From IMG/VR virus record IMGVR_UViG_3300032328_000910: a stretch of DNA of 64,000 nucleotides. The stretch is one strand, 5' to 3'. The position numbers and the translations under genes are program-made. The notes beneath the pieces are model-generated. The model saw only the letters and a program-made list of their open reading frames with translations. It did not search any database and was not told the origin of the DNA. Numbering within the stretch: position 1 is the first letter of the stretch; each line of letters begins with the position of its first letter. Below, one piece after another: positions 39,908-50,662 of this stretch. The DNA comes from an uncultured virus (IMG/VR IMGVR_UViG_3300032328_000910) (taxonomy: Duplodnaviria > Heunggongvirae > Uroviricota > Caudoviricetes > Crassvirales).

Positions 39908-40429
39908 TTAACAATTGGGTTTACATTGTGATTTTAACAATAGTTTGCAACTCGGGCTTGACGCCCACATCTCTTGAAACATAGCGATACTTGCAGGTGT
40001 TCCGATATAACCATCCATAGACGTATCTGTAGCGACAGGTAAACATTGAACACCTTCAACAATACAATTACTTTCAATCGCCATTGTATTTATACCAACT
40101 TCTCCAGCTATAATTTCAGCCTCAATTAGTTCCATAAATTTGTCTAATGGGATTTTAAGGCAGGCAAGGCACGTTTTTAATTGGTCGTAATGGTATAACC
40201 GCCGAACCTCTGAAAGTGGCTTAAAACCGCTGTTTTGTGCCGATTTAAGCAAGACAGCGTATAAAAAAGAGCCGTACCAAAGGGCAATTTCTAAATGTCC
40301 ACAATCATAACCATTCACATCTTCACTTTTAAATACAGCAAGATGTTTGTCAATTACGTGTCGATGGTAATGCTTAAAGAGTGTATTATAGTCATCACCA
40401 GTAGGCTGCGTTTTAAATATATCTAACAT
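39908..40429 (-). CDS. putative tail hub/collar protein (Cys-rich)
   Basis: 173 aa; synteny with crAss tail-hub genes (inference). Confidence 0.45.
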   Translation of the reverse strand: MLDIFKTQPTGDDYNTLFKHYHRHVIDKHLAVFKSEDVNGYDCGHLEIALWYGSFLYAVLLKSAQNSGFKPLSEVRRLYHYDQLKTCLACLKIPLDKFMELIEAEIIAGEVGINTMAIESNCIVEGVQCLPVATDTSMDGYIGTPASIAMFQEMWASSPSCKLLLKSQCKPNC

Positions 40430-40430
40430 A

Positions 40431-42305
40431 TTATTTACAGGTTAAGCAACCTGTATTGTCCTTAGTACTTTTACAAGTACCACAATACTCAATCGCACGG
40501 TTAAGTAATTGATTAATATCATACAGACGTTCAAGGTCTTCTTTACCGAAATCTGTTTCGTCACCGATAATTGCAGCATAAATGTAATGGTCGATATATT
40601 CTTCATTGAGAAGACTAAAGTAACCATAAACCAAAGACATAAAAGCATTGAAATCGTAAAAGTTAGTAGGAATCGCAGAGCAACCTCCAGCACACCTGCC
40701 GCCACATCCACAAGCTACTTTACCTTTACAAGCAAGTGCAAGCATATAATCGACATAACATTGACGGATTCGACAATCTACAACTACAATCAAATGTTGA
40801 CGACCTAATACACCAATTAAGAAATCATAAACTCCATCTTCAGCGACTACAACATCTACGTAAGAACAAGCATCAACACTTATAGTTTGTACAGTTACAA
40901 ATAGATTATCTTTACCAAGCTTTTTAACAAAAAGATTAGTTTTAGATGCACTATAATTGTAAACTCTAAAAGTATTACAAGTCGTCTGCTTAATATGATA
41001 TTGATTACAACCTACAAATTTGTAAGGAACAGTACATTCGATTACATCTACAATACCGTATTTAAACAGTAATATATAGTCACCATAACGCGGCAATACT
41101 ACGGGCCAATCAGGTAGAACAGCATCTTCATAATTATAAACAGCAGAAGCAGTACTGATAATTAAACCTGCACTGTTATACAATTCATAACTAATATCAA
41201 TCTCTTCAGAACCTATTTGGCTTTGGTCATCGACAAACATAATGTCAACATACTGTGGGTCAATAGCTACAATAACATGATTATCACCTTGAACAATTAC
41301 ACATCCATCGGTTTCGCAACATTCAGTACAAGCTACATTAGCAAATACAATTGGCTTTAGTTGATATATTTTTGCAAGTATAAATGCAGTTTCACAAGTT
41401 GCAAATACTTCCATACTACCACATCCACAACCGTCGTTAATTACGTCATAAGAAGTGACCTTTATTTTTACAGGGACAGTAGAACAACAAACCATAGCAT
41501 AATTAACAAGTCCAACTAACTTTAAAGTTTCATCAAGAAACTCAATTACCCCAACTGTAGAAGACAAATTGTAATAATACATTTCATTAGTAAATGGCGC
41601 AGTCCATCCAGTGATACGCGCATACGGATAACGATAATTAACGTCAATTCCACCACTCAATGTATAAACTTCACCATTAAGAGGTACAGTTAAATCGTAA
41701 ATTGGATTACCAGTAACTTCATTAACAGGGTTAGCTATATTAAATGCAGCTATCAATGTTTGAAAGTCATCAATCCCATTCCCTGTAATAAACAGACCGT
41801 TAGGGCTTGAACCGTAAATAACAGCAGTCATCAATACATTACCACTATATAAAGCAGTAGCACGAGTATCACCTGCAAAAGTAGGCACCATTACAATTAT
41901 AATATCAGGGTTATAATCAATCGGGTCGCCATCTCCATTGTTTTGTGTAGGAGAATTACCTAAATCATAACCAAACGCTTTAAACGTATTGGTATAAGTA
42001 TTATACCCTGTTTTAATAATTTCAACTTTCACATCAGCACTTTCCCAAAGCTCTAATCCGGCTATTTCAAGAACAGCAACTGCTTCGGAGTTTTCAGTAG
42101 TAACACCGACTGACAAAGCACCTATTGTTACAGGTGTGACAATGCTGTTACCGTTATTTTCTAAATCAAGCGTTTCAATAACTTTAACCCCATTCACCCA
42201 CACGTTCATTTGCACATCCATCATTTTGATAGTAGTACCCGCACACGCAGCTATATTTTGATTATTAGGTAAAACTAAACGCTCAACACTAAATCTAAAT
42301 TTCAT
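40431..42305 (-). CDS. putative tail hub protein, very Cys-rich
   Basis: Start reassigned to ATG 42305 because the track start lies in a terminator; many Cys clusters; synteny. Confidence 0.55.
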   Translation of the reverse strand: MKFRFSVERLVLPNNQNIAACAGTTIKMMDVQMNVWVNGVKVIETLDLENNGNSIVTPVTIGALSVGVTTENSEAVAVLEIAGLELWESADVKVEIIKTGYNTYTNTFKAFGYDLGNSPTQNNGDGDPIDYNPDIIIVMVPTFAGDTRATALYSGNVLMTAVIYGSSPNGLFITGNGIDDFQTLIAAFNIANPVNEVTGNPIYDLTVPLNGEVYTLSGGIDVNYRYPYARITGWTAPFTNEMYYYNLSSTVGVIEFLDETLKLVGLVNYAMVCCSTVPVKIKVTSYDVINDGCGCGSMEVFATCETAFILAKIYQLKPIVFANVACTECCETDGCVIVQGDNHVIVAIDPQYVDIMFVDDQSQIGSEEIDISYELYNSAGLIISTASAVYNYEDAVLPDWPVVLPRYGDYILLFKYGIVDVIECTVPYKFVGCNQYHIKQTTCNTFRVYNYSASKTNLFVKKLGKDNLFVTVQTISVDACSYVDVVVAEDGVYDFLIGVLGRQHLIVVVDCRIRQCYVDYMLALACKGKVACGCGGRCAGGCSAIPTNFYDFNAFMSLVYGYFSLLNEEYIDHYIYAAIIGDETDFGKEDLERLYDINQLLNRAIEYCGTCKSTKDNTGCLTCK

Positions 42306-42326
42306 ATCATTAAGTTTAGATAGAAA

Positions 42327-42360
42327 AAAAGCCACAACTAAATGTTTAGATGTGGCTTTT
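42327..42360 (-). terminator. intrinsic terminator
   Basis: Minus strand AAAAGCCACA-TCTAAACATTTAGT-TGTGGC followed by T7. Confidence 0.75.
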
Positions 42361-42384
42361 GTTTCGATAGTAAAAAGATTTGTT

Positions 42385-43347
42385 TTACAGCCCTGATGCA
42401 GAAGAGCCAGCTCCAGTGTTTGGAATAGACGTAAAGACTTTAGTAGTCAGAATGGTATTGATAGACGCACGGAGAGTGGTATCACCAATAGCAAGTGTAA
42501 TACGAGGTGCAGCTACTCCTGAAACTCCAACAGCGTTCAACGCTTCAGTTGCCCATTGAATGCTAAACAAATCGTATTGAGTAACATCAACGTCAGATGC
42601 AATTTTCCAATATTCAGCAGCCAAATGACGACGGTTATCATCACCATCTTCGAGCCATGAAGCCATTTCAGCTTCGCGAACTTGAGCGGGAGTACCTTTG
42701 CCATAAGTTACTTCAGTGATAGTACTAATATCAGCAGCTTCCAAAAGGTCAGACACGCGAATAATCAACGGTTCGTCATTATTAAGAGCAGTGAAACGAA
42801 TACCTTCAGGAATACCGGCATTAAGAATTACAGCAGCAAGAGCAGGGCGATTTGGTTGAGCGTTAAAACTTGCAATCAAGCCGTTAATAACGTTAACATC
42901 TGTATCGCCATTGCGAACTGTATAAGAAGCGCGAATCCATTGCATATTCGGAGCGCGACTTGGGTCATATACACCAACAGCTAATTCAGCAGTTTCGCCT
43001 ACAACAAGTGCAACAGGAAGATTTACACCACCAGTTGTACCGTTATAACCTACGGCGCGTACTTGTTTAACAGGGGCGACGTAAGCACAATAGCTACGGA
43101 AAAACGCATCACGGTCAATAGGAATAGATTTCCATAAACCGTTAAGCGTAGAGTTTACGCAAACAATAAACTGTTTAACATTAGCAATCGCAGATACTAC
43201 TGTAGCAGCGGTAACAAGTACACCTGTTTCAGTAAAAATCGCCATAGCACCATCAACCAGTAAACCAGCTTCGCGGATACTTGCAACTACACCACCACCT
43301 TGCTTTGCAGCGTATGTTGCGTGGTCAGCAATAAGAATTTGATTCAT
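42385..43347 (-). CDS. putative auxiliary capsid (decoration) protein
   Basis: 320 aa; Ala/Val/Thr-rich; G.GT..QV...E motif; followed by a terminator like the MCP gene; crAss synteny. Confidence 0.6.
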   Translation of the reverse strand: MNQILIADHATYAAKQGGGVVASIREAGLLVDGAMAIFTETGVLVTAATVVSAIANVKQFIVCVNSTLNGLWKSIPIDRDAFFRSYCAYVAPVKQVRAVGYNGTTGGVNLPVALVVGETAELAVGVYDPSRAPNMQWIRASYTVRNGDTDVNVINGLIASFNAQPNRPALAAVILNAGIPEGIRFTALNNDEPLIIRVSDLLEAADISTITEVTYGKGTPAQVREAEMASWLEDGDDNRRHLAAEYWKIASDVDVTQYDLFSIQWATEALNAVGVSGVAAPRITLAIGDTTLRASINTILTTKVFTSIPNTGAGSSASGL

Positions 43348-43350
43348 ACC

Positions 43351-44418
43351 TTATTCGTTTAATAAGTTTTCGTTAATAATTGTTTTATAACTTTCAGCAC
43401 CAATATAAGCTTGAGCAAGTTGAACAGCTTTGTCCACTATTTCTTCATGTATAGATTCACTCAATTCGCAATCATGTCCAGCCGCTAAATTAATATATTG
43501 CGGAACTTTAATATAGTCAATAAGAATATTGCTAACATAAAAAGTAGGGCGCTGTTGAGCTACAATAAGACCATGTTCATAACTTAAAAGAACACTATCT
43601 TGGCGAGATACATGAAAAGGATTATCCATCATCTTGTATAGATATTCATTATCAGCAACACGCGAAGCTTTAGTAAATTCTTTCTTAGCAGAAACAGTAC
43701 TAATCGAATTATAGCCAGCACTTGTAAATGCAACAACTAACGGAGTAGCAGCAGTATGCAAAGTGAGAGTAATACTTGTATGGGTAGTATTATTAGAAGT
43801 AAATATCATAGCACCATTATTAATGGTGCCAGCAAATTTATTCCAATACGCTTTTACACCACTACTATGACGATTAATACTTTCAACCGCCATTTGAATA
43901 ATAGCATAACGCTCTTCTTTAGAAGTAAACGGAAGGGTTACAGCGTAAAGAGTTTGATTGCCGGTCGTAGTATTAAGAACAATGGTAAATCCTTGATAAG
44001 GCGTAGTAGGCAATACAGGATTACTTTCGGCAATAATAACTTTAGCAGTTTTGAATGTAGCGGCATTTACAGCTCTAACCATTCCGTTACAATTATATTG
44101 TGCAATAGTACGGTGATTAACCATACCAAAAAAATCAGCAGGTACAACCGAAAAAACAGCATCACCCGAATTTTGATATACATACGTAGGGAGATTAGCA
44201 GAAACAACTAACTCTTCAAGGTCAGCGACACGTTTATAAGTATCGAAAAAGCCTTCTTGTTTACGATTGCTTTTTCTATTACTTCGTGTCTTAATAACCG
44301 CGCGTTGAGCGAGATTAAGCAACCAATCCTTTTCTTGAGGTAGAAAAGTATCATAATGATTGCTGTCAATCTTTTGACATTTAAGGTCAAAGTCAATATG
44401 CATTTCCCTTACTAACAT
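43351..44418 (-). CDS. head-tail ring/adaptor protein
   Basis: M...EMH..FD......S......PQEKDWLLN.AQ N-terminus and YIK.P...CEL...HEEIVD.AV C-terminus, typical of crAss ring proteins. Confidence 0.7.
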   Translation of the reverse strand: MLVREMHIDFDLKCQKIDSNHYDTFLPQEKDWLLNLAQRAVIKTRSNRKSNRKQEGFFDTYKRVADLEELVVSANLPTYVYQNSGDAVFSVVPADFFGMVNHRTIAQYNCNGMVRAVNAATFKTAKVIIAESNPVLPTTPYQGFTIVLNTTTGNQTLYAVTLPFTSKEERYAIIQMAVESINRHSSGVKAYWNKFAGTINNGAMIFTSNNTTHTSITLTLHTAATPLVVAFTSAGYNSISTVSAKKEFTKASRVADNEYLYKMMDNPFHVSRQDSVLLSYEHGLIVAQQRPTFYVSNILIDYIKVPQYINLAAGHDCELSESIHEEIVDKAVQLAQAYIGAESYKTIINENLLNE

Positions 44419-44421
44419 AAT

Positions 44422-45438
44422 CTATTTCGATTTTTTAAAGAACTCCATTTTGGCATCAAGTTCCTGTTTAATTGGTAGATTTTTTTCATCTGTCAAAAAG
44501 CTAACAGCTTCACTAACAGAATTACCTAAAATTGTGTTGTCACCGTGAACAATGCGGTCGGTGTTAGGTATGCGACGAAGATAGTTATTTTCAAGACAAC
44601 GAACGACAAATGCACGCATTTGAATAGATGTATCTTTAGCAAAGACTAAGAAACGCTCAGGCATCATATTCGCAATCTTTTCAAGACAAAGCTCAATATC
44701 AGATTGAACATTATTGTCATAATGCTGATTATGAACAGTTGCAAGGATTTTGCGTTCGGCATCAAGAGCGTAATATAAGTTTTCAGCTTTTTGTTCGTCT
44801 GCAAGAACTTCAAGATATGCAGCCATAGCCAATTTACGTTGAGCAAGAGAAGCAGCTTTACCTTTGTTTTCAAGTTCAGGACTTGTCATGTAAAACCTAA
44901 TACGATTACTCATATTAACTTGACTTTCAGTTTTAGCTACGTCGCTATACACAAGGCAATAACGATATAGAATCCAGTCTGGAAGATTAATTGGACGACC
45001 AAGTTTAACGCGAACTGAAAAGTCCATAGTATGAATACGGTTTTCTTCAAGAGCTTTGTAGTGTTTAATTAGTTCACTATCCGACTCTTCTTCGCCAAGT
45101 TTAGCGGCTTCTTTGTTCGGGTAATGGAAACCAATTTCAAGTTCCAAAGCAGCTTTAGTATCATCTACAGACGTAGGTGCAGGAACTATAACACAAATAT
45201 CTTTCCAATAATCGTCACACGCTTTACGGAACATAGGCGCGTCGGCAGGCATACCAACCAATTCAGGCATAAAAATATTCTCTTCGGCGTGAGTAAGTCC
45301 ACGATTAAGTGTACTACCTTTAAATGAACTACCAATCTTATTTTTGTGAATAAGAGAACTAAATTCACCTTCACCTACGCGGTGTATATTGTCAGGGCGA
45401 CGGTGTTTAACAAACACCTTTTTAGAAACTGTAATCAT
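44422..45438 (-). CDS. conserved crAss protein downstream of MCP
   Basis: 338 aa; IGSS...GLT..EE, YW and C-terminal G....EAV.FL..N motifs; synteny. Confidence 0.65.
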   Translation of the reverse strand: MITVSKKVFVKHRRPDNIHRVGEGEFSSLIHKNKIGSSFKGSTLNRGLTHAEENIFMPELVGMPADAPMFRKACDDYWKDICVIVPAPTSVDDTKAALELEIGFHYPNKEAAKLGEEESDSELIKHYKALEENRIHTMDFSVRVKLGRPINLPDWILYRYCLVYSDVAKTESQVNMSNRIRFYMTSPELENKGKAASLAQRKLAMAAYLEVLADEQKAENLYYALDAERKILATVHNQHYDNNVQSDIELCLEKIANMMPERFLVFAKDTSIQMRAFVVRCLENNYLRRIPNTDRIVHGDNTILGNSVSEAVSFLTDEKNLPIKQELDAKMEFFKKSK

Positions 45439-45476
45439 AGCTTTATATTTAGCTTTAGTATTGATTATAAAATAAA

Positions 45477-45498
45477 GGCTAACTAATTGTAGTTAGCC
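45477..45498 (-). terminator. terminator after major capsid gene
   Basis: Perfect 9-bp stem GGCTAACTA/TAGTTAGCC followed by TTTATTTT on the minus strand. Confidence 0.75.
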
Positions 45499-45512
45499 CT
45501 ATAAAAACAACG

Positions 45513-46976
45513 TTATGACAAACCGCAAGTGAGAACGAAACAGTGAGTGTTACGACGAATGCAAATACCTTTGCTACACATATAATGAACGCTACTTTCG
45601 TCACGCTCGCTAGCAAGGTTAACATTTACATTGTTACCGCCGAAGTTAAGAGGCGTAGCAGCCATACCCTTCATAACACCAGTAATCATACTACGACCTT
45701 TTTCATGGCAGAGAACGACATTGCGCTTACCATCGTAAGTGCTCATGTCAACAAAATACATATCATAAGAAGTAATAGGAAGACCAGTAATTGGGTGACG
45801 ACGAGCAGCTTCAGCGCGTCCACCGTGGTCAAGCATAGGCAATTGCTTAACAGTAATGACATGACCGTCAATATGTTGATATTGCGTAAAGTAACCACCG
45901 AGAATCAAATTGCGACCTGCACCAGTAATGAATTTGTCGCCTTGAACAGCATTGAAACCTGAAGTCGCAGCGTCAGCTTTCATTGCATTATCAAATTCTT
46001 CCATGCCACCAAGACCGGTGAACAGAACGACATCCATTTTACCGGTATCTGTAGCACCAAACATTACATCACGAACTGTATTCTTTAATTTCTTAGCAGT
46101 AAGAAAAGAATAAGTATCATGATTGGGAATTTGATCGAGAACACCAGCCCCAATTGGAATTGGTAAGTTAGTGCTTTGGTCTTTCAGATAAATACGTCCA
46201 TTTGCATCGCGGTTGTATTTAGAATACCAAAGGTGTTCTTCAATACTTTCTTTCCAAGCCAAGTTATGTTGCCACTGTTCCCAGTTCATCCATAAGTTGG
46301 TTTTCTTACCATCAATGTCGAACATAACTTCAACAGTTTTGTTGGAAATATTACCAGCAATACGGAAAGACTTACGCAGGAAGCTAAGCTGATTGCGAAG
46401 TTTACCTGGAGTAACAACGTTACTTTCATTACCCATAGACAATGACTGCGCAACAGGAGCACCACCATTCATAGCCCATTTAGTACCAGGTACAAGGTCT
46501 TGAAGAGGGCAAGAAGCAGAAAGGTCACTACCTACAAGTTGAAGTGTGTAATCCCAATAAAGACCATTTTGAACTGGACGGCTAACTACTACGGCAACTG
46601 TACCATTCTCACTTTCGATAAGATGTTGTACTTTAAGCCATGAAGTTTTAAACGTAACAGTAAAGTTAGTCATACTAATACCAGGATTAGAACCCGCAGT
46701 ATAAGTAGAAGAGATAACTACATCCGCTTTAGTCAAGCGCCCGATAGCATCCCATTCATATTGAACATCTTTAACTTCAGTGCCACCCTTCTGTCCTTCA
46801 GATAGAAAAGAAAGTGGAAATTTGTCCGATTCTTTACCCATAAGGTGGGTCATAACCGGGTCGATAGTATCGGGCTTAGTCAAGTATGCATTTACCAAGC
46901 TATTTTCGTTAGTAAAACCTTTACTATCGAAATTATCGTGATAAACGATACGACCCGAAGCGGAATTTGTACTCAT
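45513..46976 (-). CDS. major capsid protein
   Basis: 487 aa; FPL..L.EG, YEW, NQLS..RKS, GAGVLDQI, TG.GG..EF, GGYFTQY...DGH.ITV...P..D motifs of the crAss MCP; synteny. Confidence 0.9.
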   Translation of the reverse strand: MSTNSASGRIVYHDNFDSKGFTNENSLVNAYLTKPDTIDPVMTHLMGKESDKFPLSFLSEGQKGGTEVKDVQYEWDAIGRLTKADVVISSTYTAGSNPGISMTNFTVTFKTSWLKVQHLIESENGTVAVVVSRPVQNGLYWDYTLQLVGSDLSASCPLQDLVPGTKWAMNGGAPVAQSLSMGNESNVVTPGKLRNQLSFLRKSFRIAGNISNKTVEVMFDIDGKKTNLWMNWEQWQHNLAWKESIEEHLWYSKYNRDANGRIYLKDQSTNLPIPIGAGVLDQIPNHDTYSFLTAKKLKNTVRDVMFGATDTGKMDVVLFTGLGGMEEFDNAMKADAATSGFNAVQGDKFITGAGRNLILGGYFTQYQHIDGHVITVKQLPMLDHGGRAEAARRHPITGLPITSYDMYFVDMSTYDGKRNVVLCHEKGRSMITGVMKGMAATPLNFGGNNVNVNLASERDESSVHYMCSKGICIRRNTHCFVLTCGLS

Positions 46977-47041
46977 TTACTAAATGGTTTTATAAATTAA
47001 TCAATCAATTGAACAATATGTATAGTAAGTTATTGTGTAAC

Positions 47042-48259
47042 TTAACCAAGAATTTTATCGAGATTAATGTTACCAATATCCAAAGGTTTTCCAGGTATAT
47101 CTTGAGCGCCAAATTTAACTTTGACAACCTTATGACCACGACCTTTTAACTCTTCAGCTTTTTGTGTCAACAACTTCGTTTTCAAAACGTCATCGACATT
47201 GAACTTTTTGAACCTCAAATAAGACAAGAACAAACGGTTCTTAATGTCTTCTTTTTCAAGGTCTAACATTTCTTGTGTATTACCAGCTTTATCGACAGGC
47301 GCAGCTAAGTAATTAAAGAAAGCTTCACGTTCGGTTTTAGGAATACCTGCAACACCGAGATTACCGCTTTCAACAGTAGTTTTTACATCGCCCCAAAACT
47401 TTTGAGCTGTTTTTTGCTTCTCTTGAAGAATAGCACGGTTTTCAGCATCGCGAGAAGTTTCTTGTTGATTCTCCCAATCTTGAAGATACTTCAAAGCGCT
47501 TTGAGCTTTTTCAACTTCAGTACCAGTACTTACAAGATATTCAACGTATTCCGCAGCTTCAGCTTTAATAGCTTCCAATTGAGCTTTAGAAAGATGTTCC
47601 AAACTCCCACCTGCACGAGAAATAACTTCTTTTTGGAGAAGCACATCTTTACGAAGAAGTTTATTGCTTTCTTTAGTCTTGTCACTGTCAACAGGAATAA
47701 CTGTTTTACGCCATTGTGTAGGCACATTAAAGAATGTATCAACAGCTTTACCAGCACGAATGTGGCGAACAAGGTCAGCAGCGATAGGGTATTCTCCAAA
47801 GAAATCAGCTTCAAATTGTTGCTGCATATGTTCAGCAGCAGTTTTAACCATATTGACTACACCTTCGTCAGTGTTTGGAAACGCAATTGCATTACCTTTT
47901 TCGTCAACAAAATTAACACCGAGTTCAAGTTCGAGAGCTTTACGAATACGTTCTACTTCAGCAGTATCAGCTTCTTCAGGCAAAATAACATTACCTTCTT
48001 CGTCACGTTGTATCTTGTCTTTAGGAACAATGACTGTCCCTTTAGCATCAACGATATCTCCAGTTTCAGATTCAAAGTATTCACCCTCTTCGTTGTTATC
48101 ACCAGTTGGTGGCGGGTCAGTATTTGTAACTGGAGCTACAATTAGCGGGTCAGTAACTACTACAGGTGGGTCAGTATTAGGTGAGTTATCACCACCGAGG
48201 GCAGCTAAACCTTTAGCTACGTCATCACCTAAATCAAGCTTAAATTCATTATCAGGCAT
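47042..48259 (-). CDS. putative scaffolding protein
   Basis: Acidic, Pro-rich N-terminus with a helical body; between portal and MCP. Confidence 0.55.
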   Translation of the reverse strand: MPDNEFKLDLGDDVAKGLAALGGDNSPNTDPPVVVTDPLIVAPVTNTDPPPTGDNNEEGEYFESETGDIVDAKGTVIVPKDKIQRDEEGNVILPEEADTAEVERIRKALELELGVNFVDEKGNAIAFPNTDEGVVNMVKTAAEHMQQQFEADFFGEYPIAADLVRHIRAGKAVDTFFNVPTQWRKTVIPVDSDKTKESNKLLRKDVLLQKEVISRAGGSLEHLSKAQLEAIKAEAAEYVEYLVSTGTEVEKAQSALKYLQDWENQQETSRDAENRAILQEKQKTAQKFWGDVKTTVESGNLGVAGIPKTEREAFFNYLAAPVDKAGNTQEMLDLEKEDIKNRLFLSYLRFKKFNVDDVLKTKLLTQKAEELKGRGHKVVKVKFGAQDIPGKPLDIGNINLDKILG

Positions 48260-48290
48260 AGTAAGAAAATTATTGTGTTAGAAAATCACA

Positions 48291-50642
48291 TTAGTTTTTA
48301 TTCTCTTTCGCTATCTTCATAGCATTATTCATTTGTTCACGTTTAATACGTTGGTCTTCTTCTTTGAGTCGAACTTTATCACCATGTTGACGTTCATTAG
48401 CACTTTGCTTATAAGATGCAATTCTTGCTTTAGCGTCTTCAACATCGGTATTATCAACCCCTTCTGACTCGTCGTACATAGCCATAGTTTCATTATACAT
48501 TTTAACCAAATCGGCGTCAGCATTTATAGCCGCAGCTTCAACCATACCTTGATATTGCTTATCAGCAACGTAGCGTTTAGTTTCTCTATCCGCTTCGTCG
48601 TTTTGCATAGCTAATTGTTGTAGTTGTTGAGCTTGTTGACCTTGTTGTTCTTGCATCTGTTGTTGGAACTCACGTTCATTACGAACATTAGCTTTTACAA
48701 TCTCTTTAACAGCTGCAATATTATTAGCAGCAATTACTTCAATCATACCGTCAGGTGTAAGACCATTTTGCCCCATAGTTTGAATTGCAGACTTAGCTAA
48801 ATTTAGTTTCTCATATTCGTCTGAAGTGTTCTTAACAAACACATTATATTCAGATTCCATATGGCTAAGTGCATCGTCAGGTGTCATTTCAAACCAAGCT
48901 ATACTTGCTTCGCTAGTAACAAACTGAGCTTTCTTTCCGTTTGCATAAGCAATTTTACTAGCATCAAGAAGACCTTGATAATCTTTCTCGAATGTTTTGT
49001 CAAATTGTCTATCTTCATCAAACGTAATAATAGCTGCTCTAAAGATTGCTTGCTCGGTGTTAGCCTTACCATCAGAAGCATAAGTATCGCCAATACGTTG
49101 ACGATTCATACCAACTTCATCCCAATACATCTGCTTTACATTTGCAATAAGATTCCATTGTTGGTCAATAAACTGCCCAAAGCTAAGATTAATTTCTTTA
49201 ACACCTTGTATAGCCATAGCAGCTTTCTCAGATGTTTCATCCCAAAACATAAAGCCAAGAGCTTCAGCCATGTACATAAACTTATCTTCACCCCAATCCG
49301 GACCGTCAGGAATAAGACCAAGTGGAAACAGAACCATTTTATCTTTATTCTTAGCAATCGTATGCTCAAGACGATACATAAAGATATTAGTAAGTACTTG
49401 GTAATTAAGACCAGCTTTAACAACTGACCATATAGAACCAGTATTATATCCTAAGATACGACCATTAAACGGTAACTTACAAGTACCTACATTAGCAATC
49501 TCATTTCGTTGCAGAGGGTGAGGGGTAGCTCCAAATATCCATTTGTCTTCAATTTGGTAGAATGACCAAACTTCGTCCACATAGAAAAAATCAACACTAA
49601 TATCACCATATTCTTTTTGTATTTTGTATTTACCATCAACAGGCATCTTAGCTTCTTGACCAGTATCAGGGTCAGTATAAGTAAGTACTCCTACTTTTTT
49701 AACAAGCTTTACAACTACTTGGTAAAGATTAAACATATTCTCTGTACCAAACGTACCGTTACTGTTATTATGAGTAATGTTTTCATTACGCAATTCGACA
49801 GCTTCTGAAGTATAAACGCCATCACTTGTACGTTGTAATACCCAATCAACAATCTCGTCGTAATCTTCAGACTGCTCTAAATCATCTCGCCAATTCTCTA
49901 ACAAAAAGTTAGGTGAAATTCTACGAGTATAAACAACAGCATCCGCATCTTCGACGTATTGAGTATTACCCCAAGCAGTTACAACAATGTCACGTGGGTC
50001 ACATATTTCATAAGTCACATCGCCATAAGCAACGTCTTTATAAGATATATATCGACCCCCGACTAACCAGTGCCATTTAGCTTCTTGACGCTTGTCTTCC
50101 AAATCCTGATTACGATAAATGTAATCTAAAGCACCTTGACCGCGTTTTGCACGATGGTCATTATAATTAAGGTCAAACTTCTTATTGAGTTCATCATAAC
50201 CCGGAATCGCTTTAGAAGGTTGACCAGTATCAACACCCATAGAGTTAAGGTGATTGATAATATCTTGTCCAACGTATTGTGCAAAATATTGCATCTGTGC
50301 ATCCTTCTTTAATGTCAAAGCGTCTTCATTCCCGATAGTAACAATGGGTCGATGTGGCTGCTTCCCAGCTTCACCCATACGAGAATTAAGAACCGGCTTT
50401 ATAATATCATAGTTACGAAGCTTAGCAGGAAAACGCTTTAATTTCTCGTTATCAGTATTAAGAGGATTTAAGACATACTTATATGTTTCGTTATCTATAA
50501 TCCCTTCCGCAGCGTCATAAAGTATTTGCAATTTAGATTTTTCATCAGAAAGATAATTAGCCATTCTAATATGATAATCTACTATCGCCTTTACGTCTTC
50601 TTTAGTTTCAGGAACTAAAGACAAATGTCTTTCTTTATCCAT
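48291..50642 (-). CDS. portal protein
   Basis: 783 aa; FPAKLRNYDIIKP...GE, CKLPFNG, G.NRQR.G motifs and a Gln-rich C-terminal coil; follows TerL. Confidence 0.9.
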   Translation of the reverse strand: MDKERHLSLVPETKEDVKAIVDYHIRMANYLSDEKSKLQILYDAAEGIIDNETYKYVLNPLNTDNEKLKRFPAKLRNYDIIKPVLNSRMGEAGKQPHRPIVTIGNEDALTLKKDAQMQYFAQYVGQDIINHLNSMGVDTGQPSKAIPGYDELNKKFDLNYNDHRAKRGQGALDYIYRNQDLEDKRQEAKWHWLVGGRYISYKDVAYGDVTYEICDPRDIVVTAWGNTQYVEDADAVVYTRRISPNFLLENWRDDLEQSEDYDEIVDWVLQRTSDGVYTSEAVELRNENITHNNSNGTFGTENMFNLYQVVVKLVKKVGVLTYTDPDTGQEAKMPVDGKYKIQKEYGDISVDFFYVDEVWSFYQIEDKWIFGATPHPLQRNEIANVGTCKLPFNGRILGYNTGSIWSVVKAGLNYQVLTNIFMYRLEHTIAKNKDKMVLFPLGLIPDGPDWGEDKFMYMAEALGFMFWDETSEKAAMAIQGVKEINLSFGQFIDQQWNLIANVKQMYWDEVGMNRQRIGDTYASDGKANTEQAIFRAAIITFDEDRQFDKTFEKDYQGLLDASKIAYANGKKAQFVTSEASIAWFEMTPDDALSHMESEYNVFVKNTSDEYEKLNLAKSAIQTMGQNGLTPDGMIEVIAANNIAAVKEIVKANVRNEREFQQQMQEQQGQQAQQLQQLAMQNDEADRETKRYVADKQYQGMVEAAAINADADLVKMYNETMAMYDESEGVDNTDVEDAKARIASYKQSANERQHGDKVRLKEEDQRIKREQMNNAMKIAKENKN

Positions 50643-50662
50643 ACGTTTAGTGTTACGTTTAT

